Below the pieces are notes generated by a model, which saw only the letters and a list, made by a program, of their open reading frames with translations, searched no databases and was not told where the DNA came from. Positions 1 to 13,285 of a stretch of DNA of 64,000 nt are shown one piece after another. Each line of letters starts with the position of its first letter. Positions within the stretch are counted from its first letter, which is position 1. Source of the stretch: Camelus ferus (lineage: Eukaryota); the NCBI RefSeq assembly GCF_009834535.1, contig NC_045713.1, positions 22,754,001-22,818,000 of the forward strand, written 5' to 3'. Position numbers and translations under genes: made by a program.

Positions 1-134
1 CAGAAAGTGGGTCCCTAATTAAATGACATGCACAGTTTCAATCTCATATTTATCAGATTCTTGTAACTAGAGCTGTGAGGGAGGATTCATTTGCTGGTTC
101 TTTTGTCCATTGGATTTTCCACAATGGGCCAGGC

Positions 135-660
135 TCTAGGTTTGGTGCTGTGGTTACACAATGGTGAGTAAGACACCATCCTTGACGTTAAGAAACTCTT
201 CCTATGGCCAAGGAGATAGACATGTAATCAAGCAATTACACTACAGAGAAAGAGAGGTTTTGATAGAGGTAGGCAGGGAATACACAATAAGGTACTTAAC
301 TCAAACCTGGAAGGCTTCCTGGAGGAGGCGATACCTTATCTGAGCCTGGAAAGTAGAGTATGACTTAATGGGGACACATTCAAGAAGGAAACTGAAGGTG
401 CAGCTGGAGCTGGAGAGGGAGGCAGGGTCAGACCCTGAGGCCAAGAGAGCTTGGATTCTCTCTTGAGGGCTCTGGGTAGCCAGGAAGGGATGGACATTCC
501 ACAGGGAAGGTCCCAGGAGTGCTTGATCTTATCTGCATATAGGAAAGCCCCTTTGATATCTGCGGGGAGAATTACAAGGCATTCAGAGGAGATGACTCAG
601 CAAACTGTTGATGTATTGATAATAACCCAAACTGAGCATGGTGGTGGGGAGAGAAAAAAA
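135..660 (-). mobile_element. L2 LINE fragment
   Basis: Degenerate reverse L2 3' region motifs (ggtgagtaagacaccatccttg, ggaaggcttcctggaggagg, gagcttggattctctcttgaggg). Confidence 0.7.
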
Positions 661-794
661 CAAGTAACCAAGGGAAGCGAGGTCTGCTGTGCTTGCAGGA
701 GAATGTGCAGCTCTTTAAAACCAAGCAGCCTTGGGGAGTGTAAATTAGATTAGCTGTGCCTATTTCTAGCTCCTTTTACTGAGCCCTAAGCCCC

Positions 795-1375
795 TGGCCG
801 AATACCTTACGTGCAATTTTCTCATTTGATCTCCCTACCATCTACAAAGCCTGTACTATCATACCCCGATAGTGGGTTTAGTGTCTCCCCTCCCCATTTG
901 TATCCACCTGGAACCTTAGAATATGACCTTATTTGGAAATAGGGTCTTTGCAGGTCATTATTAATGATTTAGAGAGGAAATCTTCCTGGATTTAGAGTGG
1001 GCCCTAAACCCAATGACTGATGTCCTTATGAGAAAGGGAGATACACAGACTGAGGCAGAGATTGGACTGACGAGGCCACAATCCAAGGAACACCAGGACC
1101 CTTCCCCCAGAAGCTGGAAGAGGCCAAGAGGGATTCTCTTCTAGAGCTTTTAGAGGGGCCTGAGCACAAGAGTAAATTGTATTGTTGTAAGCCACCAAGT
1201 GTGTGATAACCTGTTAGAGCAGCTTCAGGAAATGAGTCAAATAATAGACTAGACTAATGCCCATTTTAGGGTTGGGAAAAACCCAAACTCGTGCTTAGAG
1301 AGGTTTGCTCTAAGCCTTAGGTCACACAAACTAAGAAAAGGCAGGGATGGGGTTTGACTTCATCACGTGACCTGC
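795..1375 (-). mobile_element. MIR split by an MLT1 LTR
   Basis: MIR 3' part at ~795-868 (ttctcatttgatctccc) resumes at ~1250 (cccattttagg...agagaggtt...ggtcacaca). Confidence 0.6.
870..1242 (+). mobile_element. MLT1C/D-like MaLR solo LTR
   Basis: atgaccttatttggaaatagggtctttgcagg, gatttagagtgggccctaaacccaatgac, agaagctggaagaggc, tgtaagccacc. Confidence 0.9.
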
Positions 1376-1419
1376 CACCTGTGATCTTAACCCCTCTAAC
1401 CTTCATGCCTCCCTCAAAT

Positions 1420-1550
1420 AGTAGCTAATGTTTGTTTAGTGCTGACTCTAGGTCAGGCGCCACCTTCAGCATTTTGCTTTGACGACTTCATTTATCTTGA
1501 GGATTATCATTCGAGAGATAAGTTCATTAGAAAACATAGATGAGGACTAT
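1420..1550 (-). mobile_element. MIR fragment
   Basis: aatagtagctaatgtttgtttagtgctgactct...atagatgaggact. Confidence 0.55.
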
Positions 1551-3059
1551 CTCTATCTTGAAGAGCAGTAAACCATCTTTAAGGGCCTGGGTTTTTTTTT
1601 TCCTTAGCTTGTCCCTGGCATCTCATTTGCTGAATGGAGATTTTCCACCTTGAGTGAGCTAAGCAGTATGAGAGGAAGTGTCAAGTGTGTCAACCAGCGG
1701 CTCATGAAATATTTCATCTTGTAATACATTAATAGAGAGAACCGAGGCGATTTTCAACCCATTCCAGTAAATTGGTTTTAGCACTAATGAATTGTTCTGT
1801 TTGAGCAGAGCGTGGTTGGGAAAACGCTGACGTTAATAGTGACACCGAGGCATTTGAAACTTCATCAAAAATTATAATCTCAAAATAAAAGGCTAGGCTG
1901 GGAAAACTTCTGTGTTCTATTAATTAACATAGGTTGTCCAATCAATGTTTTTAATTGGTAGCAGATTAAAGTATGGATTTCCGCCACGGCAGACCTGCAG
2001 ATTGGCTGTCTTGCTACCTGTGGCTTCTGATGACCTCATTCCAACATTTATATTCAAATCTGATGGCTCGGAGCTTTGGTAGTCAGTGGATCATAAATTT
2101 CACCCAGTTCCTAGGGCTGAATTTCAAGCATGTAGACCATGTGCTAACGGCGAGAATGATCGGAAAGACAGTTGTAGACAAACGGAGCATGAAGAAAATC
2201 ATTCTTATTGGAGGATGTGGCAGAAACAATTTTCCTCTGTGCTAGGCAGATGTCAGCTCTGTGGAACTGGCCAGAAATAAAGATCACTCCACTGATGGGC
2301 TGTAACAAGGGGAGAAGGAGGGCACCGGGCTCCCCCCAACCCAGATGTCCCTGGAGCTAGCAGCCTGGCCGCACAAAACAGCCAGGGGAATTTCTGCAAA
2401 GCAAGAAGGTGGGACTGAGCAGAGGGAGGAACCAGGAGGTGAATGACAGGCCCTGTACAGGGAGCATTCCTGTGTGCCAGGAGCTGTGCTAAACTCACTT
2501 CACTTCACAGTAGCCCCACGACAGAGGCATTAGGTTGAACCACACGGAATGGCTACTCTTGTAGGTCAAAAAGAGCTGAATATCAGCAATTTTGTTTAGC
2601 TCAACCTGTGCTGTGAGTAGCCCTGGTTTGTAGCTGAGGAAAGTGAAGCTGAAGATACTTGCCCAAAATCACACTAGGAAGGTCTGAGCAATGCAGGGCT
2701 AGCTCTGGGGGAAGTACCCTGCCTCCTCCTCAACCCTCCTCCTTTCCTCTTTCTTCTGGTGGGTGGGCTTTATCTGGGCCAGGGTGGATGGATCAGACTT
2801 ACACCTTGAAGACCCCTCTGGCTTACTCTGGTAGCTGTGTGGGGGGATCCAGGGCGGATTCCAGGAAACTCTTTAGGAAGCTGTTACAATAGTCCAAGGA
2901 GAGTGACTTGGTGGTTTAGACTAGAGTGACAGCAGGGGAGGTGTCAGGAAGGGGACTCACATAGGGAAAATTTAGGAATGAGGATCAAAAGGACATGGTA
3001 TTTGATGGAAGTGCCTCGCCCCGGCTCCTCCTCCCCTGGCTCCCGTGTCTTTGTGTCAT

Positions 3060-3190
3060 GAGTGCTCAGAACATGCAGTACTTTGTCTTTGCTACACATG
3101 TCTCCACCAACTGTAAGCTCCTGAGGGTGGCAATCATGTCTCTGATTTATGGTTGTCCCTGGGACCAGCCTGGTGACCAGTAGGCAGTCA
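3060..3190 (+). mobile_element. L2 3' end fragment
   Basis: ctgtaagctcctgagggtggcaatcatgtctc...cctggtgaccagtagg. Confidence 0.65.
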
Positions 3191-4944
3191 GGATTCGCTG
3201 GCGAAACGAAAGAATTCAGAACGTGCAGTCCCTTACAACTACCTCGAATCCTTTCCTCAGCTGTGAAGCTCCATTTCCTCAAATTCTGGATTTCCTGACA
3301 TCGAGACAGTCAGAAATGGAGAAATACTATCCATGACCTGCCCTGCACTCATCCTTCAATTTCTACAGTTATTGTCTCAGTAACCCTGGTGGGACTGCTT
3401 TGAACTCAGTAGTTACGCAGTGTTCACATTGACAGGGTGACATGTCTTTATCCACTTAATTCAGCTAGTTTGGACCATTTCCATTAAAATTTTCTGAACT
3501 ATTTAGTGAGGAACACTCTGACCAGTACTATATGCTAAATTGCTTTTAAACAAGGGAAGTTCTGTCATCCAAAAATAAAAACCCCTGCTCCCCAGGCACC
3601 AGCCTATGCCACCCTCCTGTTCTCTGAAAGCCCACCTCAAGTTGCCCTTATGGAGGGCTTTCCTGATGTCTCCCTCCTCGGAGCCCTGAGGCCTGAATCA
3701 CCCTCTCTGGTACTTCCTGTGGGATGGCTAAGTCTTCTCCCCAAACATCTTGCCTCCATTTTTTTTGAGTGGGAATATGAGGAGTACAAAGAACATTTAG
3801 CTTAAAGAATCTTTATTGCTCAGACAAGTAAAAGGTCCTTTAACAATCACATTGATTTTTGCTGATGGATGTAAAAGTTTTTGAACATGAATTCATACCC
3901 TGGGCAAGACCCACTTGGAGATGCCAGGATTGTACGGTGCTCTTATAAGACATGAATGGTGAATGAAGGAAGACAAATTTTGCCACAAAAGTAACAATTC
4001 CAACTGATGATTTGCATTAAGGGGACAACAGAAGCTGAGTAAGCTGACACCCAGGCGGTGACACTTGTCAGGTAAAAGGGACGATGATCTGGTTGCTGGT
4101 TTCTGTTGGCAAAGCATTAGAGAAGGTTCAGCAGCCTCGAAACACTCAAATCCAAAATGGGATGTGAACGGAAAGATAGAAGGTGGTAGCGGTGTGGGGG
4201 GATCCAGAAAAATCCAGGAAATGCTTAGAAGCGATCACTGGAAATCTCTGTTGGGTCCTCATCTGTCTCTAGGAATTGTGGAAGGTTCCAGCTCTTTAGC
4301 CTGTTGGGCATCCCTGGTTGTCTCCCCAAATGGTCCTCTGAGTGAGCTGACACTTCATCTCCTGAAACATTCTTTGGGTCCCTTGTCCCCATCCCTGTGG
4401 CCAAGACACCTTTCTGGTCTCACCACTGGGCTCAGCCTGATGGAACTCTCATGCACAGACAGCTGTGTGGTCTTGGGCAGCACACAGACCTGGGTGCACA
4501 TCCTGGCTCTACCAGGAAGTGGCTTTATCGTCTGTAACATGGATTAATAATAAGTCCTGCATAGACATCTTGGTGGGGGGCGGGGCGGTCACTGGGATAA
4601 GTGATGTGAGCCTTTGACACATTTCCTGGCACATATGAACACTCAGTCAAGACTAAACCCCAAGCCAAATAAACCATCATCAGCAACAAAGAAGATGAGG
4701 CCGCAAGTATAGTACAAGCCTCTTGGCTGATCTCAGCAGATTCTCCTTTCACTCTGCAAACGCTTCTCCTTCCCCAAATCATCCTCCCCCCAAAAAAGTT
4801 TTGTCCTGCCACCCTCCTGAAGAGAGTAGTATGTATGGTTAAAAGAACTCAGTAGCTTGGAGTTAGGCTTGGGCACAGCTGTGTGACATTAGGTCTGTGA
4901 CTTACCTTCTCTGTGCCTTTTTCTCTCTTTGAGTTGTGCAGTCT

Positions 4945-5330
4945 TGCATCAGCTTCTCTCAGAACATATCCACCCTCCTTTTTGTCTTCAGCTGGTGGTG
5001 AGCTGGCTTTGCTCACTGCTCAGTCTCTTCTGTGTCTGACAGGGCAAGGATGCACAAGGCTGAAGTGGCTGCCACCACCCTTTGCCACATGACTTTTCAG
5101 TTCATCTGCCTTTGACTCATACTATGGCCTCTTCCCACTCATTCTGTGCAGAGTGAATCTGATTGGTTGCCCATCATCCAGTGGATTTTTTTCCTCTGTG
5201 TCAGGGCTCAGCCTCCATGCAGTCGTTTGACGCTGGCAGTGAGGTCACATGGGGCCACGTGGCAGCCATGGGCAGTGAATGTGTGAGGGAGGCCAGTTCC
5301 TAGACAGTGGACTGCAGATGCCCTTTGACC
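4945..5330. mobile_element. Old MaLR LTR (MLT1J/K/L-like)
   Basis: gaatctgattggttgccc, ggtcacatggggcc motifs typical of old MLT1 LTRs. Confidence 0.5.
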
Positions 5331-5934
5331 TCAGGTTCCTAAGTTAGGAGATGTTCAGGTTGCCAGGAGGAGGCAGCCTATTCTGAGATTCTGAGAACTA
5401 AACCTCCATTTCTTCAGCTCTGAATGATATAATATTAGACACAGACAGCATGTCTCCACCTTCACTGGACCCTAATTTAAGTCCTCAAGGGCATTCCCCA
5501 ACCCCACTCTCCTAACTGGGCCAAAGACAGAAGGGAAATGCTATGTGTGTTCCAGAGGCAAAGAACCTGAATTAGATGTGTTGGGGACATTTTACCACAA
5601 AATGGGGCTATTCATTGAAATATAATGAACAGCTGGGAAATAAACATCTCTCCTACATGGGCTGTTAAGAATAGAATTTCCCTAAAAATTACCTCACAAA
5701 GAAAGCCTCTCACTTTCTAAGACCTGCCATGGCACACCTGTGTTTTCTGTGCATTTGGCCCAGGCAGGAGGCTGGATTAAAGATCCTGGGCAGTGGCCTC
5801 TCATGACTTTGAAAGTCTAGAACCCTGGACCTCCCTCTGGCATTGCCCACCCTAGACCAGGATTCGATACAAGGTGCATCCACCCCTAAGTGACTGACTT
5901 TGCTAAAAACAAACTATATAAGCTTGCATTTTAT

Positions 5935-6390
5935 AAGTTCAGCAAGTATATTTTGAGCACCAACTATGTGCCTAGCATGAACTATATTGCTCTAGGCATC
6001 TGGGCTAAATCAAGGAGCAGAGCAGGTAGAAATCTCTGCCCTCTAAGACATTTATTTCTAAAGCTGGCAGGGTCTGCCTGCTGCCTGCGTCTCCAACTTC
6101 AGCTTGGAACTCTCATCCAAATCGTCTTCCCACCACAGGGCCTTTGCACGTGTTCCTTTGCCTGAAATGCTCTGACCTCCATCAGCCCTCTTTATATGAC
6201 TACTACTCATCTCAGCTTCCTCAGGGGAGTCTCCCCCACTGCTGTGCCTCATCTGGGCAGTCCGCTGCAGGCTGCTCTGTTATTGTGCTTTCAGAATCAT
6301 GCTGCCTTCCTTCCCAGGAGCACACATCTCATTTTCTGTTTATACATTTGTTTGCGGGATTATTTGCCTACCTTTCTCTCACAGTAGACC
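5935..6390. mobile_element. Two L2 fragments (minus ~5935-6060, plus ~6130-6390)
   Basis: gagcaccaactatgtgcctagc; cagggcctttgcacgtgttcctttgcctgaaatgctct. Confidence 0.65.
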
Positions 6391-6394
6391 CTAA

Positions 6395-6815
6395 ACTCTG
6401 TGAGGCTCAGAGAGGTTAAGTAACTTGCCCAAGATCCAGAGGGACAGAGTCAGGATTTGGGCCCCAGTCTGCTCTGTGTTCCTTACATAGTCTAATATGA
6501 ACTGGAAGTACAGGAGTACATGTCTACCCCTAGGCTTTGTACATCTCCCCTCCCAATTTACCTATAGCTTTGCAGAGCCCTGTACTTGCAATCAGCTCTG
6601 TAAAGATATCAATAATAGCAGCTAACATTTGCTGAGGTCTCTCACTGTTCACTAAGCACTAAGTACCCTCCATGCAGTAGCTCCTTGTATCTGAGGAGGC
6701 AGGAGCTATAATTAACCCCACTGTACAGATGAGAAAGGTGAGGCTTGGGTTGGAGGGATGATATGCCTACAGTCTCACACAGGGTTTGAACCCGGACCTG
6801 CTGCATTCCCAGCCA
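6395..6815 (-). mobile_element. Two MIR fragments (~6395-6480, ~6610-6815)
   Basis: gaggctcagagaggttaagtaacttgcccaag; cagctaacatttgctgagg...tacagatgagaaaggtgagg. Confidence 0.85.
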
Positions 6816-7439
6816 TGGCAACTTCTATGCTGTCTCCCTCCTGGCACTCTCATCCTGGAAGGAAAATGGAAGTGGGGTAATGCGGGGGCCAGCCCACTGC
6901 TCTGAGTCCTGGTTACATCCACAGACCCTGAGATTTAGGAAGGGTTCCAGTGAGATGGGTGATGATGGATCACCTGCAGGTTAATTGCTCATTGATTCCT
7001 TCCGCCTTGGCATGTAGAGATCTGAGAGAATCCGAGCCAGCTTGGAGCTCCCCTTCTGATGGTTCTTTCATGCTCAGACCCTGCTGCAGTGAAAATCAGG
7101 GGACTGTGCAGGGGCTTCTTTGGCATCAGATCTTTCTTTGCTCTGAGGGGTGCACTGTTTTGCTTGGCTATACATAGATGGTTCCATGGAGGAATCTCAG
7201 TGCCAGGGAAAAAGAGAAAGGATTGTTGTCTGACGTCACAGTCAGGAGGAAACTTGCCACTATAATCACTCTGTGATGACATTTGGGCAGAAGATGCCCT
7301 GGGACCCCTTGTGACGTCTAGGTAGGCTCCTCTGGGGCCCCAGTGACTCAGAGCTAGACAGACACACTGGATATGCCCGCCAGCCTGCTTTGGGGAAGTA
7401 TGGACAGGCTTTGAGGCAAGCCTGTGAAGCATGATAGCT

Positions 7440-7615
7440 CCATGGCCTCCTTAACCTCTTCTCTGGGCCTCAGTATCCCCATCTGGAAAATTGGGCTGAT
7501 TATAGTCCTTAGCTCTTGGAATTGCTGTGATGATCAAATGGGGTCACACGTAAATGGCTTGGCCAGCGCCTGGTATGGAGTGGGCACTCAACAAATGGCA
7601 GATATATACTGAAAA
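7440..7615 (+). mobile_element. MIR
   Basis: gggcctcagtatccccatctggaaaattggg...gcactcaacaaatg. Confidence 0.8.
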
Positions 7616-8359
7616 TATCAGTTTGATGGAAGCCCCAAATAGAGCTTTCCATTTATTCCTCTTGAGCAGTAGGATTCTGTCTGGAGTGGGCTCCTTGAGA
7701 AAGCCAAAGCTGCCTCTTCCTCTGGTCTGGTTGGTCCTGGCTGTTAATTTCCAAGACCCATTTAATTTTTTCCCCCTTCACTCTCAAGAACAAAGATATC
7801 CTGCTGGAAGATCAGGAAATGAGAGATAGGAAGGGGACTTCTCAGACAGCGATGATTTGTAATGACCCATCAACAGGGATAAACTCCACTGCGGCAAAAA
7901 ATAATGAAACATCGATTCTCAGAACCTATTAAAAGTCAGATTTATATGAGAATTTGAAAAGGCAATTAGTCTGGATTGAAACTAATTAGTGACTCCCCCC
8001 TGCCTCCCCTCAACTTTCTTGGACAGTTCAGATACAGGGAGGTTATTAAGGACCTACTATGTGCAGGACTTCAGAGCACTCAAAGATTCTACTCTACTCT
8101 AGAGAGATAAGATACAAATGGAAATGACTATTATTTAGGAAAGAAGTCAGTTCCATGATAGATGTACAAGCACAGTGTTAGGAGGTTTCAAAGACAAGCA
8201 TCTTCTCTCATTTTGCTCCAACTCCATGTAGAATCCCTCTCAGCTCCTCTATTTACCTTTTCTTTCTGCACAAGACTACTGTAGTTTTATCTCTGGCCCT
8301 TTAAAATCACTTTGCATACTTTCTGGATGGGTTCATTTGTGCCTGTGGGCCCCGACTAT

Positions 8360-8930
8360 CTCCCTATGTGCTGACACCCAACTTCCCTATCTCCAGGCTC
8401 CAGCTGTCTGGCTGACACCACTTCTGCAAGGTCTAAGATCAAACTCACCATCTCTCCCACCCCCAGACCAGTCACTCCTTCTGGGCCCCTCTCTAGGTTA
8501 ATATCACCACATGGGGGCCCAGTCTCCCAAATAAATGTCTGTTCCATGGTCACTCTGGATTCCTCCATTTTCTGCCTCCTATGTCTAAATTGGTCACCTA
8601 GTGCTCCAGATTTTGCTTCTTAAACATTTACTGAGATTATTTTATCCTCCCCAACCTGCTGCCTTTCACCAGGGCTGTTAGCCATAACAGTCCTCTAATT
8701 TTCCCTTGTCTCTCACCTCTCCTGCCCCTCCCCCACCCCTAACTGCTGCCAGGAAGACCTTTCTGAAATGTAAACCATATACTTTTACTTTTTTACTTGA
8801 AACTCTTCAGCATTTCTTCAAGGTCCTTGGGGTGAATCATTGCTCATGAGCATTTCAAATAAGGTCTTCTGCAATTTGGATTCTGTTTACCTCTTACTTT
8901 GTCTCTTGCAACTTTCTAGCAATTTTCTAA
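8360..8930 (+). mobile_element. L2 fragment
   Basis: ctatctccagg...atcaaactcaccatctctccc, ctttctgaaatgtaaacc, gaaactcttcagcatttc. Confidence 0.65.
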
Positions 8931-8944
8931 TTTTCTAATTTTGT

Positions 8945-9190
8945 CCAGCCACCCATCCTATCCATCTAATGTTTATCAATCTCCTAGTATGTGACAGGCA
9001 TTAGAGTAAGTGCTCAGTTTACAATGGTGAGCAAAATGGACACGGTCCTTGACCTCGTCAAGTTCACAGTCTTAGGGAACAGCCCGACAATAAACAAACA
9101 GGTAATTAGCAAACTAAGTGTGAAAGGTGTCATAAAGGAAAAACAAGGTGATATGAGAGAGAATAACGGGAGTAGGGAGATGAACTAAGG
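8945..9190 (-). mobile_element. L2a 3' end
   Basis: tacaatggtgagcaaaatggacacggtccttgacctcgtcaagttcacagtc. Confidence 0.8.
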
Positions 9191-10189
9191 GTCTTCCTAG
9201 ATTCAACTAAACGTTCAGACTCACAAGAATACCACAGTTCACTCTTAGCATCCTAAACTCTAGCAGGATGGAGGATGGGAAACCCAGTTGGCTGCTAGGG
9301 CAACACCAGGTGTTCCTCCTCCTCAGCGGTCCATGTGGAGTTGCTCCAGTGCAAGGAGAAGAGTCCACTTTGGGCAGGTGTGGGTCTGCCCTGGCTTAGA
9401 AGCTGCATACATCACAGAAGCCAGTATCTCTTGTCACAATGCCAGAAGCGGAGATCTCGGGAACTCTGCAAGGAGCATCTCATTACAGAGAAATGACGTC
9501 CAAAGTATGGTATCCCACCAGGTACTGATAGTCCATTTATAGTTCTTCTCTGGACAGATGCAAAGTACCAGTGAGAGGTCAGTTATGCCCTAGGTAATGT
9601 TTACTAGTAATAGAATTGACATCTCAGCTAATTAGGTTACCAGGGAGACAGTGCTAGGAAGTTAACTGAAGGTTAAGTTCTCATGCAGAAGGAGGGAGGG
9701 CTTTGTTGCCCCTTTGCTCTTTGGGGGATTTCTTTAGATAGAGTGCTCAGGGATGATGCTGTTTTAGTTGAGTTCTCACGTAGGAAAAAGGTGGGGGAAG
9801 AGCATTGGAGGCAAAGAGAATGGAAAGAATTTGGTGTGTTGGGAGGGGCGCGTGAAAGGGAGAGTCTCTGGAGGTGGGCTGAAGAGGTGGGCTCGGGTCC
9901 ATGCCATCCTGTGTGAGGAGCTTGGGTTTTACGTGAAGTTTGGATTTTGTTCCTTGTCCTCGCTGACTTAGGGTGAAATGCAGTGTTCTCGCTGAGTGAA
10001 CACACACTTCCAGGGTTTCAGGTACGGAGTGGCCTGGCCAAAGTCCTTCACAACTTCCTCCCGAGGAGTCGCTGTCAAGGGGTGTTCTAACGTTGCATTG
10101 CTGTATAACAATCTGCCCTAAACTTATAAACTTAAAACAACAGTTATTTTATTAAACTCAGAGAATCTGTGGGTCAGAAGTTTAGGTTC

Positions 10190-10470
10190 CTGGGAGGGTA
10201 TTTTTAGATGACATTTACCTTTAAATTGGTGGAATTTGAGTGCCGCAGACTGCTTGTTGTAATGTGGATGGGCCTATTCCAATCAGCTGAAGATAGAACA
10301 AAAGACCTGCACCAAGCAAGAGGGAATTCTGCAGCAGAAGGCCTTTGGACATGAACATATACTATAGAGAAAGACATTTATTTTAAGGGATTGGCTGACA
10401 CAATTATGGAGCTTGGCAAGTCTAAAATCTGCAGGGTGAGCCAGTAAGCTAGAGGCTCAGGAGAGATGGC
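10190..10470. mobile_element. MLT2 (ERVL) LTR pieces nested in the MLT1 LTR
   Basis: aatgtggatgggcctattccaatcagctgaag, agagggaattctgcagcagaaggcctttgga, taagggattggctgacacaattatggag. Confidence 0.75.
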
Positions 10471-11373
10471 ACCCACGTCCCAATAGGGGGTTAAAGAATT
10501 TGGGGCCACGGTTTTAAAATCAACACAGTATGCTATCTGGCTACAAATTATCTGCATTTATTTCGCCTGCAAAGTACACTTGATTCTCCCCAGACCACTA
10601 AAATTATCTCCCATTACACCATCAAGCTTGACTTGAGGCCAAGGATCTCATAAACCTTATTTAAGATCTAGAGGTGGATGAGGATCCTTGAGTTTGTTTC
10701 CTTGGATATAGTTCCTGTAGATCTGAAGACCCATAAACTGAAGACAACTTATCTGCTCCCCCCCATACCCAATATGCAAAGATGAGACAGGTGTAGGATA
10801 ACTGTAACAAAAATTCTCATTCAAAAAAGGGAAGAACATAGCCCATGGTAATTCTGAAATTCAGGTTGGTATATAAGGCCCATTTCTTTATTAAGGTTCA
10901 AAACAGATCTCTGGGAATGATTTTTATGGCTTTTGGCTCTGTCCTTTGAGATCTTGGTTCTGACCTTGGAGTCACCTTCTTTTACCCCCATAAGAAATAG
11001 CCCGTATGTGCAGCTGACTAGATTTCTCAACTTACTTTCTGTCTGTAGAAGTTTGGAGATCCAAAGGACCCCTTTTATTAGTTCAGTTTCAGTTCTTTTT
11101 AGTCCAAGCTGGTTTAATTACTTTAAAAACTTTGTGGATTTTTTACATGTCAATTCATTATTTATTATGATCATTTGACCAAAGCTACATACACAGATCT
11201 CTTTGAGATAAGTTCTTCTGTACTTGGATCCCTTGAGGGGTTTCTGTGGGGTAGCATGCTAATATCCTTAGAAAACCTATTGTCTTCAAGTACCTCCTTA
11301 AGATTCTCAGAACAGATTTTGTCTGACTGAAATGGTCTAGGAAGCACCATCTTAAATATTTCTGAGATTTTAA

Positions 11374-11596
11374 AAATTGAAGTATATTTGATTTACAATA
11401 TTGTGTTAGCTTCAGGTGTATAGCATAGTGATTAAGTATTTTTCAGATTATACTCTATTATAGGTTCTATCAAGATAATGGCTATAATTATCTGTCCTAT
11501 ACAGTAAATCCTTGTTGCTTATCTATTTTACATGTAGCAGTTTGTAATATTCCCATACCTCTAACTTGTCCCTCCCTCCTTCCTTCTCCTCTTTGG
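11374..11596 (-). mobile_element. 5'-truncated lineage-specific L1 3' UTR with TSD
   Basis: Flanked by identical TATTTCTGAGATTTTAA at 11357-11373 and 11597-11613, containing the TTTT/AA endonuclease site. Confidence 0.92.
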
Positions 11597-12392
11597 TATT
11601 TCTGAGATTTTAACAAATGGATTTTAGTCACTATTGGCTTTGTCTTTACTCTGAAACAAGTGTTATGTTGTGATAACAATCTGGAATTGATCTGTGTCCT
11701 TTCTTACTTTGAGTACCCTTTGCTGGCTGGAAAGTTTGTCCTGGGCTTTTTATATTTACTCCCAACTTTACCCCCAAATGGTATCACTTATTCTTTAATT
11801 GAACGCTGTCCTTGCCTAGTTTAATGTGGGCATCTAGAAAAAGCCAGGTGACACCTTCAATACTCTGGAAATCTCCTTGGATGCATCCCTGGGTTCATTC
11901 AGTACATTTCTGGTTTCCAAATTATTGCAGCCAGCACTGTTGTCACACTTTCTTCCACTACAAAACAAGGAGCCCCCCTTTCCCCAGCTTCCAGTGAAGT
12001 TTTCCTTTTTGCCCCTCGCCACTGTTTCTTCGAGACCTGTCACATGACCTCCAAGTGAATGCCATGTGATTTGGGTTTTAATTCAGTAGCACCCCACCTC
12101 TAGGAGCCAACTTTTGCTCCAGGTATCCGTTGCTCTCTACTAAATCACCCCAAACTTAGCAGCATGGTAAGATGATAATGTTATTGTGTTTGTTGATTCT
12201 GTGGGTCCTGGAATTTGGACAGGGCCTAACTTATCTTCACCCTCTAATATGTGAGGTCTCAGCTAGGGAGACTCAGATGGCTGGGGGTGACTCATAAACC
12301 CTGAGGCTGTATCACCCACTGGAGACTTCCTTCCTGATGTGTCTGGTGCCTGGGCTGGGATGATTGAAAGTCTGGGCTTGGCTAGGATCCTT

Positions 12393-13285
12393 TTTTAAAA
12401 AAATTGAAGTAGAGTTGATTTACAATATTGTGTTAGTTTCAGGTGTACAGCAAAGTGATTCAGTTATATATATATATGTATGTATAAATTTTTTCAGATT
12501 ATTTTCCATTATAGGTTATTACAAGATGTTGGATATTGTTCACTGTGTTCTACACTAAATAAATCCTTGTTGCTTATCTATTTTATATTGAGTAGTGTGT
12601 ATCTATTAATCCCGTACTACTATTTTAGCCCTCTCCCTCTTCCCTTTCCCCTTTGGTAACCATAGTTTGTTTTCTATGTCTGTGAGTCTTTTTCTGTTTT
12701 GTCTATAAATTCATTCGCATTATTTTTTAGATTCCACATATAAGTGATGTTATATAATATTTGTCTTTCTCTCTCTGACTTTACTTGGTATGATAACATC
12801 TAGGTCTATCCATGTAGCTGCAAATGGCAATATTTCATTCTTTTTTATGGCTGAGTAATATTCCATTGTATGTATATGTGTATATATATTATATATTGTA
12901 TTATATATATTGTATCATTTGATTTTCAACAACACAGAAAGGTAGTCCTTTGGTATTNNNNNNNNNNNNNNNNNNNNNNNNNNNNNNNNNNNNNNNNNNN
13001 NNNNNNNNNNNNNNNNNNNNNNNNNNNNNNNNNNNNNNNNNNNNNNNNNNNNNNNNNNNNNNNNNNNNNNNNNNNNNNNNNNNNNNNNNNNNNNNNNNNN
13101 NNNNNNNNNNNNNNNNNNNNNNNTTAAATTAGAATTTTTGTCTTTTCTGGTGGGATTACTGGATTGCATCATTTGGTAATTCTATCAGTTTTTAAGAGAA
13201 CCTCTATACCTTTTTACATAGTGGCTGCACCAATTTACATTCCCACCAACAGTGTAAGAAAGTTCCTTTTTCTCCACATCCTCCC
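12393..13285 (-). mobile_element. 5'-truncated lineage-specific L1 (3' UTR) with TSD
   Basis: aattgaagtagagttgatttacaatattgtgttagtttcaggtgtacagc...cattcccaccaacagtgt; TSD CTTGGCTAGGAT(C/T)CTT at 12377-12392 and 13286-13301. Confidence 0.92.
12958..13123. other. N run (166 bp)
   Basis: Undetermined bases inside the L1. Confidence 1.
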
